Positions 28,765-37,808 of a DNA stretch of 64,000 bases are shown here, piece after piece; the first letter of the stretch is position 1, and every line of letters begins with the position of its first letter. The DNA lies in the IMG/VR virus record IMGVR_UViG_3300047509_000088, positions 31,371 through 95,370 of that record; one strand, 5' to 3'. Under the pieces are notes generated by a model, which had not been told where the DNA came from, ran no database searches, and saw only the letters and a program-made list of their open reading frames with translations. The DNA comes from a virus. Both the position numbers and the translations under genes were made by a program.

Positions 28765-29203
28765 GCTGGTTTACTGGCTTGTCTTCCTTCTTCTGATGCG
28801 CTGCTTCTCGCGGGCGATCCATTCGTCAGTTTGGCGCAACTCGTTCCGCCACTTTTGCTCCCGGCGTTCCCACTGGACCGTCATTCGACCACCCTTGCGA
28901 TACCTACGCGTGGTCGGCAACCTGAAGCTCCCCCAGCTCGAACCAAAGCCTCCCGTTCGGCGAGTCGATCCACGCCCCGTCAGGATCGACCTCGGAGACC
29001 GTCCCCTCCAACCCGTCAAACATCCCGTCCGGGTCCACGACTTTGACGGTCTGGCCGATCTTGAACTTCTTGCTCATCCTCATCTCTCCCGGATAGACGG
29101 TCTGACGGATAAAACGGTCTGACGGATAAGTCGTGGCGGAGCGACCACCCTCTCCGGTAATGCCCCGCCACCGCTATTCACTTCGTCTGATCATAACACC
29201 CGG

Positions 29204-29599
29204 TTAAAGAGATCCATCAAGGATCGTGTGGAACGTCTGTTTGGTAATCTGGCGACCGCCGGTCATATCGAGAGATCCGCGAGCGGGGGTCGGGTCTGGG
29301 CGGAAAGCGGTGATCGTTCTAAATTGCTCGTACTGGACCAACAAGACGTAATGACCGCCGGCTCGAACGACCCTGGCGAGAGATTGTCTTTGTTGAGGGG
29401 TCCATCTTGACAGGGGAAAGGTCGAACCAGTAGCAACGGACTTGCACTCAATCGCAGTAAACACCCCACCCGTTAGAACGAGGAAGTCGGCCGGCGCCCA
29501 GATCTTGAAGTGCCCCGAATAGTCCGGGGGATGATAAGCGAAGTAGCTCGGGTCCGACAGCCAGGCCGCGATCTTGTTCTCAAAGGGGTTGTTTGACAC
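29204..29599 (-). CDS. RecU/Hjc-like Holliday junction resolvase (PD-(D/E)XK)
   Basis: FENKI, PPD, PADFL, AIECKS, QRQSL..GGHYVLLV. Confidence 0.8.
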   Translation of the reverse strand: MSNNPFENKIAAWLSDPSYFAYHPPDYSGHFKIWAPADFLVLTGGVFTAIECKSVATGSTFPLSRWTPQQRQSLARVVRAGGHYVLLVQYEQFRTITAFRPDPTPARGSLDMTGGRQITKQTFHTILDGSL

Positions 29600-29776
29600 T
29601 TCCTCCCTCCGATTTGGTTCGCTTCAACCTCGCCTCCCGGATTCGATTCACGGCCAATTCTGCATACTCGGCTGACAGCTCGATTCTGGGATCAATCGCA
29701 ATTGGTCGATCACGTGCCCTACCAATATGACGCCTGACTGGCCGGGCGGTATCAGGTCGACAGCCGGCTGGATCAT
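29580..29776 (-). pseudogene. Internally deleted DNA methyltransferase
   Basis: MIQ..GVILVGHVIDQLRLIPES (MTase N-terminus) joined out of frame to IELSAEYAELAVNRIREA (MTase C-terminus). Confidence 0.65.
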
Positions 29777-30231
29777 CTTTTCAGGTCGTCTAGCGACGAC
29801 ACATTCAAGACGTCATACCGCTCCGCCAGATCAGACGCGTTATAAAGGGCCGTGATCTGGGCGTACTCGCATCTCAGGCCGGTCTGATGTTCGATCATAC
29901 GGCCCCAGACCTGGACGGACCCGATCACGTGCCTGACCGGGGGGTCGTAATCAATGGTGGCCGCCTGAACCATCTGAGATCTGACGAAGTGCATCCATGT
30001 CAGGGCTTGGGTTGATAAGTATTCCAGGACATCATTTACGGACGGTAGAACCCAGATCCCGCAGGAACACTTTTCGAGCGGGGCCGGGTGATCCTCGGAT
30101 GGCATCGGCGGCCAGGCCAGGTGCTCAGCCTGATTGACGCCAGGACTCCACTTGTGGCGGGTGAAGGTCAGAGAGTTGAGAGTCGTCCTATCCGGAGAGA
30201 CGGCCACGAGCCAGGCCCTATACCCGGTCAT
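29773..30231 (-). CDS. GYRAW-family paralog 6
   Basis: MTGYRAW..W.PG.N.A..H.AP...CSCGIW..GSVQVWGRMIEH..GLRCEYAQI. Confidence 0.8.
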   Translation of the reverse strand: MTGYRAWLVAVSPDRTTLNSLTFTRHKWSPGVNQAEHLAWPPMPSEDHPAPLEKCSCGIWVLPSVNDVLEYLSTQALTWMHFVRSQMVQAATIDYDPPVRHVIGSVQVWGRMIEHQTGLRCEYAQITALYNASDLAERYDVLNVSSLDDLKR

Positions 30232-30249
30232 TTCTATACCCGGTCATAC

Positions 30250-30693
30250 TCATCCCTTCCAGGGGGCAGGCAGTTCCTCGGGCATCTTGTAGGTCAAGAC
30301 CGGGCAATCATACCGTTCGGCAAGACGGTGGGTCCGCTCGGCGTCCGGCGACTTCCAGATCACCAGGCCAGTGACGGCTGCTCGCTCGGCTCTGTTCCCG
30401 AGCTGGTGTTCGATCACCTTGCCCCATGCCCTGACCTGGCCGATCACGTAGTTGGACGGATTGAAGTCGTTCCACACCAGATAGCTGATTGTCTCTTCAA
30501 GACTTTCTAACAACCAGAAGCCGCAGTGGCATCCCTCATCCGGCGCCTCATGACGGCTATCGCGGCCGAGCGGCAGGATGTTGCGCCAATTGTCGCAAGC
30601 CGAGATGTTAGGACCAGGGTGCCAGACATACGGATAGAAGAGACCTCTCAATTCCGACTTGCCGGACAGTCGCCAAGCCCTATAGCCGGTCAT
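30250..30693 (-). CDS. GYRAW-family paralog 5
   Basis: Same motifs (CHCGFW, AWGKVIEH). Confidence 0.8.
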   Translation of the reverse strand: MTGYRAWRLSGKSELRGLFYPYVWHPGPNISACDNWRNILPLGRDSRHEAPDEGCHCGFWLLESLEETISYLVWNDFNPSNYVIGQVRAWGKVIEHQLGNRAERAAVTGLVIWKSPDAERTHRLAERYDCPVLTYKMPEELPAPWKG

Positions 30694-30721
30694 ACGAATA
30701 TCCGATCAGACGAATGGTCGG

Positions 30722-31204
30722 TCATACCAATTCATGTGAGAAGTCCGCCAGCAAGAGGTCGTCCGGCGGGTCAAGTAAGGGGACGTCATATACCTTAGAG
30801 AGATGTTTGGCGGTTTCGGTAAAGGCGCCGAGGAACGTCTGAAAATCGCGGATATATCTGAATGACGCCGTCTGTATTCGCCTTGGGTCATACAGGCCGG
30901 TCACCTGACCGTACTCGGATCTGAACCCACGCTCGTGTTCGATCATCTTCCCCCAGGCCAAGATCGTTCCGTATACGAAATAGGGAGGATGGTGGAGGTA
31001 CTCGACTGCCTCTTTGAGGGTTTGGAGCGACCAGATACCGCATTGACATCTTATGCCGGGGATGTGGGGGCCATGTAGCCTGTCGACCGGTTCGATCGTC
31101 AGGTTCGAACACTCTGCGTGGTTGACCCCCGGCGACCACTCGTATGCCCGGCTGACGGCGAACAGCCGATTGGTTCCCGGCCGCCAGGCCCTATAACCGG
31201 TCAT
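30722..31204 (-). CDS. GYRAW-family paralog 4
   Basis: Same motifs (CQCGIW, AWGKMIEH). Confidence 0.8.
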   Translation of the reverse strand: MTGYRAWRPGTNRLFAVSRAYEWSPGVNHAECSNLTIEPVDRLHGPHIPGIRCQCGIWSLQTLKEAVEYLHHPPYFVYGTILAWGKMIEHERGFRSEYGQVTGLYDPRRIQTASFRYIRDFQTFLGAFTETAKHLSKVYDVPLLDPPDDLLLADFSHELV

Positions 31205-31848
31205 CCAGGCCGCCGGCCAGGTCGGACAGGTTGGATCGATATGACGTCATCTGACCGATGATCATCCGGAGACTGGTGGTATGACTCGGCGAAGGCAATT
31301 AAGTCGTTTGGGATATTGAACATGGGAACGTCAAACCGCTGGCCGATTGACTGTATATCCGTATCCAGCCGCCGCCAGATCGCGACGTTCTCGGATCGGG
31401 AGGACGTAAAGAACACACGACCGGTCAGGTGGACATCCGGGTTTGGAAAGTGACGAACCACGATCTCTTTGACTTCAATTCCCGCCAGAAGGGCGATCAC
31501 CTGAGCGTATTCGCATCTAAAGCCATTCGCGTGTTCGATTATCCGACCCCAAGCCTGGACCGCGCCGAAGATGAAGAGGTGGCGGGGCTGGACGTAATCA
31601 CGAACCTCGCGTAAGGATGACCTTATCCACAATCCGCAATCGCACAGGGGAGCAGGCGCGGAGTGATACTGTTCGTGACTGGCGCGATTGATGCCCGGCT
31701 TCCAGGGTCCGTCGCCGCGAACGATCGACCAGAGGTCAGGGGAAGCGGTCGACCAGAGGTCAGGGGAAGCGGGGGACGGTGGCAACGTATAGCCCAGGAG
31801 ATGTGTCAATCGCCAGTCGTACGGCGACCAGGCGCGGTATCCGATCAT
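31201..31848 (-). CDS. GYRAW-family paralog 3
   Basis: Same motifs (CDCGLW, AWGRIIEH); internal 21-bp duplication (ASPDLWS x2). Confidence 0.8.
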   Translation of the reverse strand: MIGYRAWSPYDWRLTHLLGYTLPPSPASPDLWSTASPDLWSIVRGDGPWKPGINRASHEQYHSAPAPLCDCGLWIRSSLREVRDYVQPRHLFIFGAVQAWGRIIEHANGFRCEYAQVIALLAGIEVKEIVVRHFPNPDVHLTGRVFFTSSRSENVAIWRRLDTDIQSIGQRFDVPMFNIPNDLIAFAESYHQSPDDHRSDDVISIQPVRPGRRPG

Positions 31849-32372
31849 ATCGATATCAATCCGAGCTTGCTCTTGCCGAATACCCGGGCGTAGGTATTGA
31901 TCGGTTCGGGTAGGTCGGCCGTCTCAACTGGAACGTCATATCGCTCGGCATATACCTCGATTCGTCGCTGCTCCCATTCGGTGAAGTTTGGGGAGGTATA
32001 GAGGGCGGTAATTTGCGCGAACTCAGACCGGAATCCGAAGGTGTGTTCGACGATCTTGCCCCAGGACTCGACCTGGCCATAGATTGCCGACGGCAGAAGG
32101 TTGAAGCGGCCGGTATAGGCAGGGACCTCCTCCAAAGTTGGGAGCGACCACAGACCGCACTGACCATGGTCATGTGGTATCTCGTCTGAGTGAAGCATTC
32201 TGTTCAAACCGGATCGGCCGGAAGGTATACCGGATTGGTCGCATGTTGCGCGGTTGATTCCGGGCTGCCAGACGAACTGCCAAAAGAGGCCGCGAAGCCC
32301 AAACTGGAGGTTGGTCGATTCGCCGGCCGGGACAGGAAAGCCGATTGGCAACCAGGCACGATAGCCTAACAC
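31845..32372 (-). CDS. GYRAW-family paralog 2
   Basis: Same motifs (GQCGLW, SWGKIVEH). Confidence 0.8.
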   Translation of the reverse strand: MLGYRAWLPIGFPVPAGESTNLQFGLRGLFWQFVWQPGINRATCDQSGIPSGRSGLNRMLHSDEIPHDHGQCGLWSLPTLEEVPAYTGRFNLLPSAIYGQVESWGKIVEHTFGFRSEFAQITALYTSPNFTEWEQRRIEVYAERYDVPVETADLPEPINTYARVFGKSKLGLISI

Positions 32373-32430
32373 TTCGATCCAACCCTCAAGCCGTTAATCC
32401 TCATACCCACTTCGTGGGCATTCGAGCCAG

Positions 32431-32958
32431 TCATACCGGCCAGTCGGTCATGACGACTTGACCAGACAAATCGTATGACTCGGCAAACTCGATCAGGTCG
32501 TACGAATGATCGAACAAGGGCACGTCAAACTGTCGTCCAATCTTACGGCCGACCCGACCAGAGGACTTCATGTCCCATCTAATTGAACCGGGTAGGCCAT
32601 CTGAACCCTGGATCTTTTGGGCGACCTGACCGTACAGGCAGATTGGGGCCGCGAACTCGGCGCGGAAGCCGTATTGATGTTCGATTATCCGACCCCAGGC
32701 ATGGATCGCGCCGAGGGTGAACCTCGTCCCACCCGGGATATACTCTAGGATCTCCCCCCAGGAACGCCTGAACCAGAACCCGCACTCGCATTCAGGGTCG
32801 GGGGCGGCGTGGGGAGGATGGAGGTAGCGGTCGGTGTCCAAATAGTGAGGGAACTGCTGACAGCGAGCCTGGTTAGGGCCGGGGGTCCAGGCGCCAGAGA
32901 CACTGATCGAATCCAGGCTCTCGATGCCGGTCCAGAGCCAGGCGCGATAGCCTAACAC
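32431..32958 (-). CDS. GYRAW-family paralog 1
   Basis: Same motifs (CECGFW, AWGRIIEH). Confidence 0.8.
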   Translation of the reverse strand: MLGYRAWLWTGIESLDSISVSGAWTPGPNQARCQQFPHYLDTDRYLHPPHAAPDPECECGFWFRRSWGEILEYIPGGTRFTLGAIHAWGRIIEHQYGFRAEFAAPICLYGQVAQKIQGSDGLPGSIRWDMKSSGRVGRKIGRQFDVPLFDHSYDLIEFAESYDLSGQVVMTDWPV

Positions 32959-33430
32959 TCCGTGTTAGTCCTCATACCCACTTCGTGGGCATTCGAGCCT
33001 ATCATATCGGTTGGCCGGTCATGACGGCCGTCTGGTCGCGAACAATCGAGGTAACTCCTCCAGCCGTCGTCTGGGTGGAGACCATACATCCTGTCGACCC
33101 AGTCCGCGAAGCGAGCAAGACGTTCGAGCAGCCAGGCACGGGGCCCTGAGACCCGGTGAACGGTCAAGGTGGTGCCGTCGATTCGATCCACGACGTGCGG
33201 GCGGCCCTGGTAATGGACGATGTCACCACACCTGATCGGTCCGGGGGTCAAGCTGGTACCTTTTCGCGCTCGGGGATGGCTGGCTGAGGGACGGCCGGTT
33301 GAGGCGGCTCTCCGATCGGTTTGGCCGGAGTCTTGGCTGGGGCGGGGATGTAGAGGGGGAGGGGAGCGGGCTCTTCGAATATACGACGCACGGGTCCGCT
33401 GACGCCAAATCGGATTGACCGGATGGCCAT
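32952..33430 (-). other. Two small hypothetical genes (32952-33251, 33248-33430)
   Basis: SD AGGAG at 33430; downstream of the promoter at 33509-33531. Confidence 0.5.
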
Positions 33431-33508
33431 GTTGATCTCCTGTTGAATTGAGATTGGCGGACCGGCTTGAGGGAGGATTCCGAGCCCCTTACCGGACCGC
33501 CTCCCCCG

Positions 33509-33531
33509 AGGATATCACCATGAGGCGTCCA
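33509..33531 (-). promoter_or_regulatory. Leftward promoter with TGGACGC box
   Basis: TGGACGCCTCATGGTGA TATCCT. Confidence 0.6.
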
Positions 33532-33630
33532 GGGGAGGGCCTGATTCGAACTCGGATTGGACGCTGGCGCACGATCCGGGAAAGGGTGCTAGGCTGGGCA
33601 GTCTGCCCATATGGATGGCCAGATAGGGCG

Positions 33631-33843
33631 ATGATCGAGAACGGGAGCGGGAGCGAACTCCTGGGCGCTCGCGACGTTATGGCGTTCTGCTCGGTTGGCC
33701 GAACAGCAGCGTACGCGATCATGGCCTCGATCCCGGAGCGGATTCGGGTGCCCGGCGGATTCCGGGTCCGGCGGCGCGACTTGGAGAGGTATATCGAACA
33801 TCTGATCGAATCCCAGCAAGAGGAGGTCGCGGCATCCCTCTGA
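33631..33843 (+). CDS. Excisionase/AlpA-like HTH protein
   Basis: LLGARDVMAFCSVGRTAAY..RVRRRDLERYI. Confidence 0.75.
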   Translation: MIENGSGSELLGARDVMAFCSVGRTAAYAIMASIPERIRVPGGFRVRRRDLERYIEHLIESQQEEVAASL

Positions 33844-33881
33844 CCGCACCTGAACCAAGACGGTCTAACCGAAGAAAGAGG

Positions 33882-34124
33882 GTGGAGTTCCCAACTTCGT
33901 TAGACGTCGCGCGCCAACTAGAGTGTACGCGAGCCCATTGCCCCTGTCATCGGACTGCTCAGACAGGAACGGGGGTGACGCATTGCCCCTCCCACACCGA
34001 CGAACATGCGAGCCTATCAATAAGCCAGAGGGGCGACATGTGCTTGTGGAACGACCACGGTGGTTGTGACAAGTACGAGGTCCGGGATGCGCTGATCCGG
34101 GAAGGGATCTGGCCGCGTGTCTGA
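33882..34124 (+). CDS. Stand-alone primase zinc-binding domain
   Basis: HCPSHTDEHASLSI..LWNDHGGC..EVRDAL, a CHC2-like primase N-terminal pattern. Confidence 0.75.
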   Translation: MEFPTSLDVARQLECTRAHCPCHRTAQTGTGVTHCPSHTDEHASLSISQRGDMCLWNDHGGCDKYEVRDALIREGIWPRV

Positions 34125-36546
34125 CAATCAACCGGCCGAGAGGCTGTTTCGCCAGCTCGTGAACAACAAGTCCGAGTTGGAGTTGTTGGAGTGGGACGAC
34201 TGCGGGTTTGATTCGCTCGTCTGTGATCCGCCGGCCGGGATCGCGTTCATGAATCGGAGCTGGGATAGCGACAAGGGCGGAAGAGATCTCTGGATTGACG
34301 AGATGACCGTCATATTTGTCGAATGCTTTCGCGTCCTGAAGCCAGGTAGTCATGGTCTCATCTGGGCGATCCCGAGGACGAGCCACTGGACCGCCACGGC
34401 GCTTGAGGATGCCGGGTTTGAGGTAAGAGACGTTATTGACCATTTGTTCGGCTGTCTGTCGGACGATATCACCGTCCTAACTCGACGTGGCTGGCTGCAT
34501 CATACCGAACTAACGTCAACCGATGAGGTTCTTCAGTCATCGGGCGATATCCTGACCTGGGCTCGACCTGAGATGGTTCACCGCTACCCGTACAGGGGTC
34601 CGATGATCAATCTCAGGAATCGCCACACCGACCAACTACTGACACCCAACCACCGTGTCTATGCTAATGTGCGGCGTTCCTCGCAATACACTTTCATCGA
34701 AAAGATGGTGGTCGAGGCGAGAGAGCTACGGCCGTCATGGGTCGTAGACCTACCGATGGCCGGCTGTCTGAATGACGGCTGGGATGGCCCCGATCCGAAG
34801 CGGGCCTATCTGGTCGGTTGGTGGTTGACCGACGCTTGGCCGCACAAAGACGGCAAGGCAGCGATGTTCTCGCAGTCTAAGCCAAAGATGCTGGCCAAGC
34901 TACGGACGGCGCTGGCTCCGTACCAACCCTCCGAGTACGTCAGGCGCGGAAAGCTGCCACAGCATTCAGATGAACATACCTTCTATGTGACTGGACCACT
35001 TGCCGACTACTTATTGGCAACATACCCCGACCGGAAGCTCGATTGGTCGGTTCTCGGGTGGTCGGTTCCGGCCCGGCATGCGCTGCTTGAGGGATTGCTG
35101 GACGGAGACGGATCTCGCCGCGAAAGTCAACACTCGGAAGCGTTCTGGTCGAAGGATCAGGAACGACGAGATATCGTGATGGCGCTGTGTGTCTCACTGA
35201 ACATCCGAGCATACGATGATCCAAAGAAGTGGGTCGTCAATCTCAATCGAACCCACAATTCAACTCAGCTCCAGAAGCATCATCGCGATGCAGCGCCACC
35301 AAGGGAATACGATGGGATCGTATGGTGCCTGACGGTACCAAGCGGGGCATTTGTCGTCAGGCGGAATGGGCGGCCGTTCATCACCGGGAACTCGGGTTTT
35401 CCGAAGGGATTGAACATCTCCAAACAGATAGACAAGATGGCCGGCGCCAAGCGGGAGGTGATTGGCCAGGGGCCAGATCACGCCAAGAGGACGTCGGCGG
35501 CCGGTCGCGGCGGAACGGTCTCTCGGGAAGGGGGGGACGCTCCACTCGGACAAATATTAACCGCTCCCGCCACACCCGAAGCCGTGAGGTGGGACGGCTG
35601 GTCAACCGCTCTCAAGCCGGCACACGAGCACTGGATCTTGGTAAGGAAGCCGCTTGAGAAGGGATTGACCGTAGCTCAAAATGTCCTCAAGTATGGGACG
35701 GGCGGGATCAATATAGACGGGTGTCGAATAGAGGGGGCGGTGCCATCCACGATCCAGGAACAATCGTCTCGGCAAGGCGAGGTCTATGGTACCGACCAGA
35801 GGAATCAAAGAGCGTTTGTCGGTAGTCCGGCTGGGCGCTGGCCCGCCAATTTGATCCTCTCGCATAATCCGGATTGCAAACTGGTCGGGACGAAGAGGGT
35901 CAAGGGCGACTTCGGAACCAGGGGAAGCGATCAGGGAAATGAGATGTACGGGCAGGGTCGGGGGATGAACCGGCCGGCGACCGGTCAGACGGTCGGGTAC
36001 GCTGACCCGGATGGCCTCGAAGAGGTCGAGGCGTGGGAGTGTGCAGAGGGCTGTCCGGTAGCAGAGCTGGATCGGCAGTCTGGTCAAACTGGAAGTAGTG
36101 AGCGCAGAGTCGCCGGACCGGGACAACAGCCGTTCAAGGTTGATAGAGGCTGGAATCAACACTCCATGACCCGAAAGGGTCAAACCGCACCCGAAAGCTA
36201 TGGCGATACAGGTGGCGCAAGTCGCTTCTTCAAGACGTTCGACGGTCGATTAGATCCAGGGTTCGCATATATACCGAAAGCTTCCACCCGCGAGCGATCC
36301 GCCGGCTTGCCAGAGGGTTCGAGATCGAGCCATCCGACTGTTAAGCCGATTGACCTCATGCGCTATCTGGTCAGACTGGTCACGCCGCCGGGTGGTGTGG
36401 TGCTCGATCCCTTTGCCGGCTCCGGGACAACCTGTATAGCGGCCGTCCTGGAGGGGATGGGGTTCATGGGGATTGAGAAGGACCCGGAGTCATACCAGAT
36501 AGCGGCTGACCGGATAAGACATTGGCTAAACCGGATGGACGGCTAG
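34117..36546 (+). CDS. Beta-class N6A/N4C DNA methyltransferase with intein
   Basis: CDPPAG (motif IV variant), RVLKPG, HPTVKP, VLDPFAGSGTT, GIE. Confidence 0.93.
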   Translation: MSDNQPAERLFRQLVNNKSELELLEWDDCGFDSLVCDPPAGIAFMNRSWDSDKGGRDLWIDEMTVIFVECFRVLKPGSHGLIWAIPRTSHWTATALEDAGFEVRDVIDHLFGCLSDDITVLTRRGWLHHTELTSTDEVLQSSGDILTWARPEMVHRYPYRGPMINLRNRHTDQLLTPNHRVYANVRRSSQYTFIEKMVVEARELRPSWVVDLPMAGCLNDGWDGPDPKRAYLVGWWLTDAWPHKDGKAAMFSQSKPKMLAKLRTALAPYQPSEYVRRGKLPQHSDEHTFYVTGPLADYLLATYPDRKLDWSVLGWSVPARHALLEGLLDGDGSRRESQHSEAFWSKDQERRDIVMALCVSLNIRAYDDPKKWVVNLNRTHNSTQLQKHHRDAAPPREYDGIVWCLTVPSGAFVVRRNGRPFITGNSGFPKGLNISKQIDKMAGAKREVIGQGPDHAKRTSAAGRGGTVSREGGDAPLGQILTAPATPEAVRWDGWSTALKPAHEHWILVRKPLEKGLTVAQNVLKYGTGGINIDGCRIEGAVPSTIQEQSSRQGEVYGTDQRNQRAFVGSPAGRWPANLILSHNPDCKLVGTKRVKGDFGTRGSDQGNEMYGQGRGMNRPATGQTVGYADPDGLEEVEAWECAEGCPVAELDRQSGQTGSSERRVAGPGQQPFKVDRGWNQHSMTRKGQTAPESYGDTGGASRFFKTFDGRLDPGFAYIPKASTRERSAGLPEGSRSSHPTVKPIDLMRYLVRLVTPPGGVVLDPFAGSGTTCIAAVLEGMGFMGIEKDPESYQIAADRIRHWLNRMDG
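34453..35391 (+). mobile_element. Intein (313 aa) with in-frame LAGLIDADG domain
   Basis: FG|CLSDD..LTPNH..AYLVGWWLTD..LLEGLLDGDGS..VWCLTVPSGAFVVRRNGRPFITGN|SGFPK. Confidence 0.93.
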
Positions 36547-36578
36547 TCGGATGGACGGATAAGTCTGACGGATAACCT

Positions 36579-37808
36579 ATGGCCGATATCAAGTACGTCA
36601 TCCGTGATCGAGCCGGGAATCCCCTGGCGATCCATAGGCGGGTTGACTTTGTCGATTCGTCCGGCAAGTCGGATAAAGATGTGACGTGGCTCAAGTTGGA
36701 TGGAACAGCCGGATTGCCAGACGGTTTGTCGGTAAAAAGACTCTTGTACGGCCTTGAGTTGTTGGATCAATATCCAGATGTTGGGACGGTCGTGGTGTGC
36801 GAGGGCGAACCGGCGACCGATTCGGTTAATCGCGTAGGGTTCCTCGGACTGGGGACGGTCTGCGGCGCTACGACAATTCCCGATAGGGAAGTGCTGGCCA
36901 ATCTCGTGGGTAGAAAAGTGGTGCTCTGGCCCGACGCCGACCCGGCGCCCGACCCGCAGTTCCCAGAAAGATATCCGCAGGGCAAGGGGCAGTGGCACAT
37001 GGACCAAATCGCTCAAATCCTGACGGGGCTCGGAGTAGAGGTGAACATCCTCGACTGGCCGGAAGCTCCCCCCAAGGGAGACGCCGCCGACCTGATCCGG
37101 AATGGCACGGGGCCGGTCGAGGTCAAGTTGGCGACGAGGTTGAGCGTCTACATTCCTCCTCCCCCTCCCCCAGTAGCCGGCCTGAACGGAAATACGGTAA
37201 TTGGGGACGGCCGTCCGGACAAGTTGCAAGTGGAGATGTCGGACCCGAAAGTCTGGCTGCTGCATTGGCCAGGAGTGGGCGTGCAGCGTTTGTCATCGGG
37301 GCTGCTGACCGGGGCCTGGGGGAGGGTGCAGACGGCGTTCGTCGAGCAGTTCGAGCGGACACCGCGCTGGTTCCCGACCCGGACCGATACCTGGACGGCG
37401 CTCGTCTCCGACCTGATGGACGCTATGTCCCCTGGGGACCATCTCGACCCGCCGCCCGAGCTGACGATCCGTGGCCGTGTCCTCGACCTCTTGGTCAGGG
37501 TATGCGGTACAGAGCCGCCAGATGACCCAGGTGACCCCCGGGCGGGGGAGTCGAACCTGGACAGGGGGGAGGCGTGGTGGAACCTTGACGAGGGTCGTGT
37601 GTACTTCCGGTTTGGGGTGCTCTACAAGCAGCACCAGCAGGACTCGATGCCGGGCGACCGCCTGACCCGGCCGCAGATCAGGGCGGGCATCGTCGAGCTG
37701 GGGGGACAGACGTCTGAACGGGTGGATCGTACCAACCCGGTCAATCAGACAAACCGATGGCAGCAGCGGATCTCCTGGGTGCCGTGGTCCGTCCTGGTGG
37801 ATGACTAG
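36579..37808 (+). CDS. DNA primase TOPRIM domain protein lacking a Zn finger
   Basis: LYGL, VVVCEGE, VVLWPDAD, KGDAAD. Confidence 0.85.
   Translation: MADIKYVIRDRAGNPLAIHRRVDFVDSSGKSDKDVTWLKLDGTAGLPDGLSVKRLLYGLELLDQYPDVGTVVVCEGEPATDSVNRVGFLGLGTVCGATTIPDREVLANLVGRKVVLWPDADPAPDPQFPERYPQGKGQWHMDQIAQILTGLGVEVNILDWPEAPPKGDAADLIRNGTGPVEVKLATRLSVYIPPPPPPVAGLNGNTVIGDGRPDKLQVEMSDPKVWLLHWPGVGVQRLSSGLLTGAWGRVQTAFVEQFERTPRWFPTRTDTWTALVSDLMDAMSPGDHLDPPPELTIRGRVLDLLVRVCGTEPPDDPGDPRAGESNLDRGEAWWNLDEGRVYFRFGVLYKQHQQDSMPGDRLTRPQIRAGIVELGGQTSERVDRTNPVNQTNRWQQRISWVPWSVLVDD

Noticed and set aside
29773-32958. Diversity-generating retroelement targets
   Set aside because: No reverse transcriptase or template repeat seen; paralog divergence is broad, with indels, and not adenine-specific.
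33631-33843. Prophage excision module
   Set aside because: An excisionase-like HTH is present, but no integrase or att site was recognised in the window.
34124-36579. Self-splicing intron rejoining the primase halves
   Set aside because: No room for group I/II core structure outside the MTase ORF, and both halves have their own stop and start; not excluded without RT-PCR.
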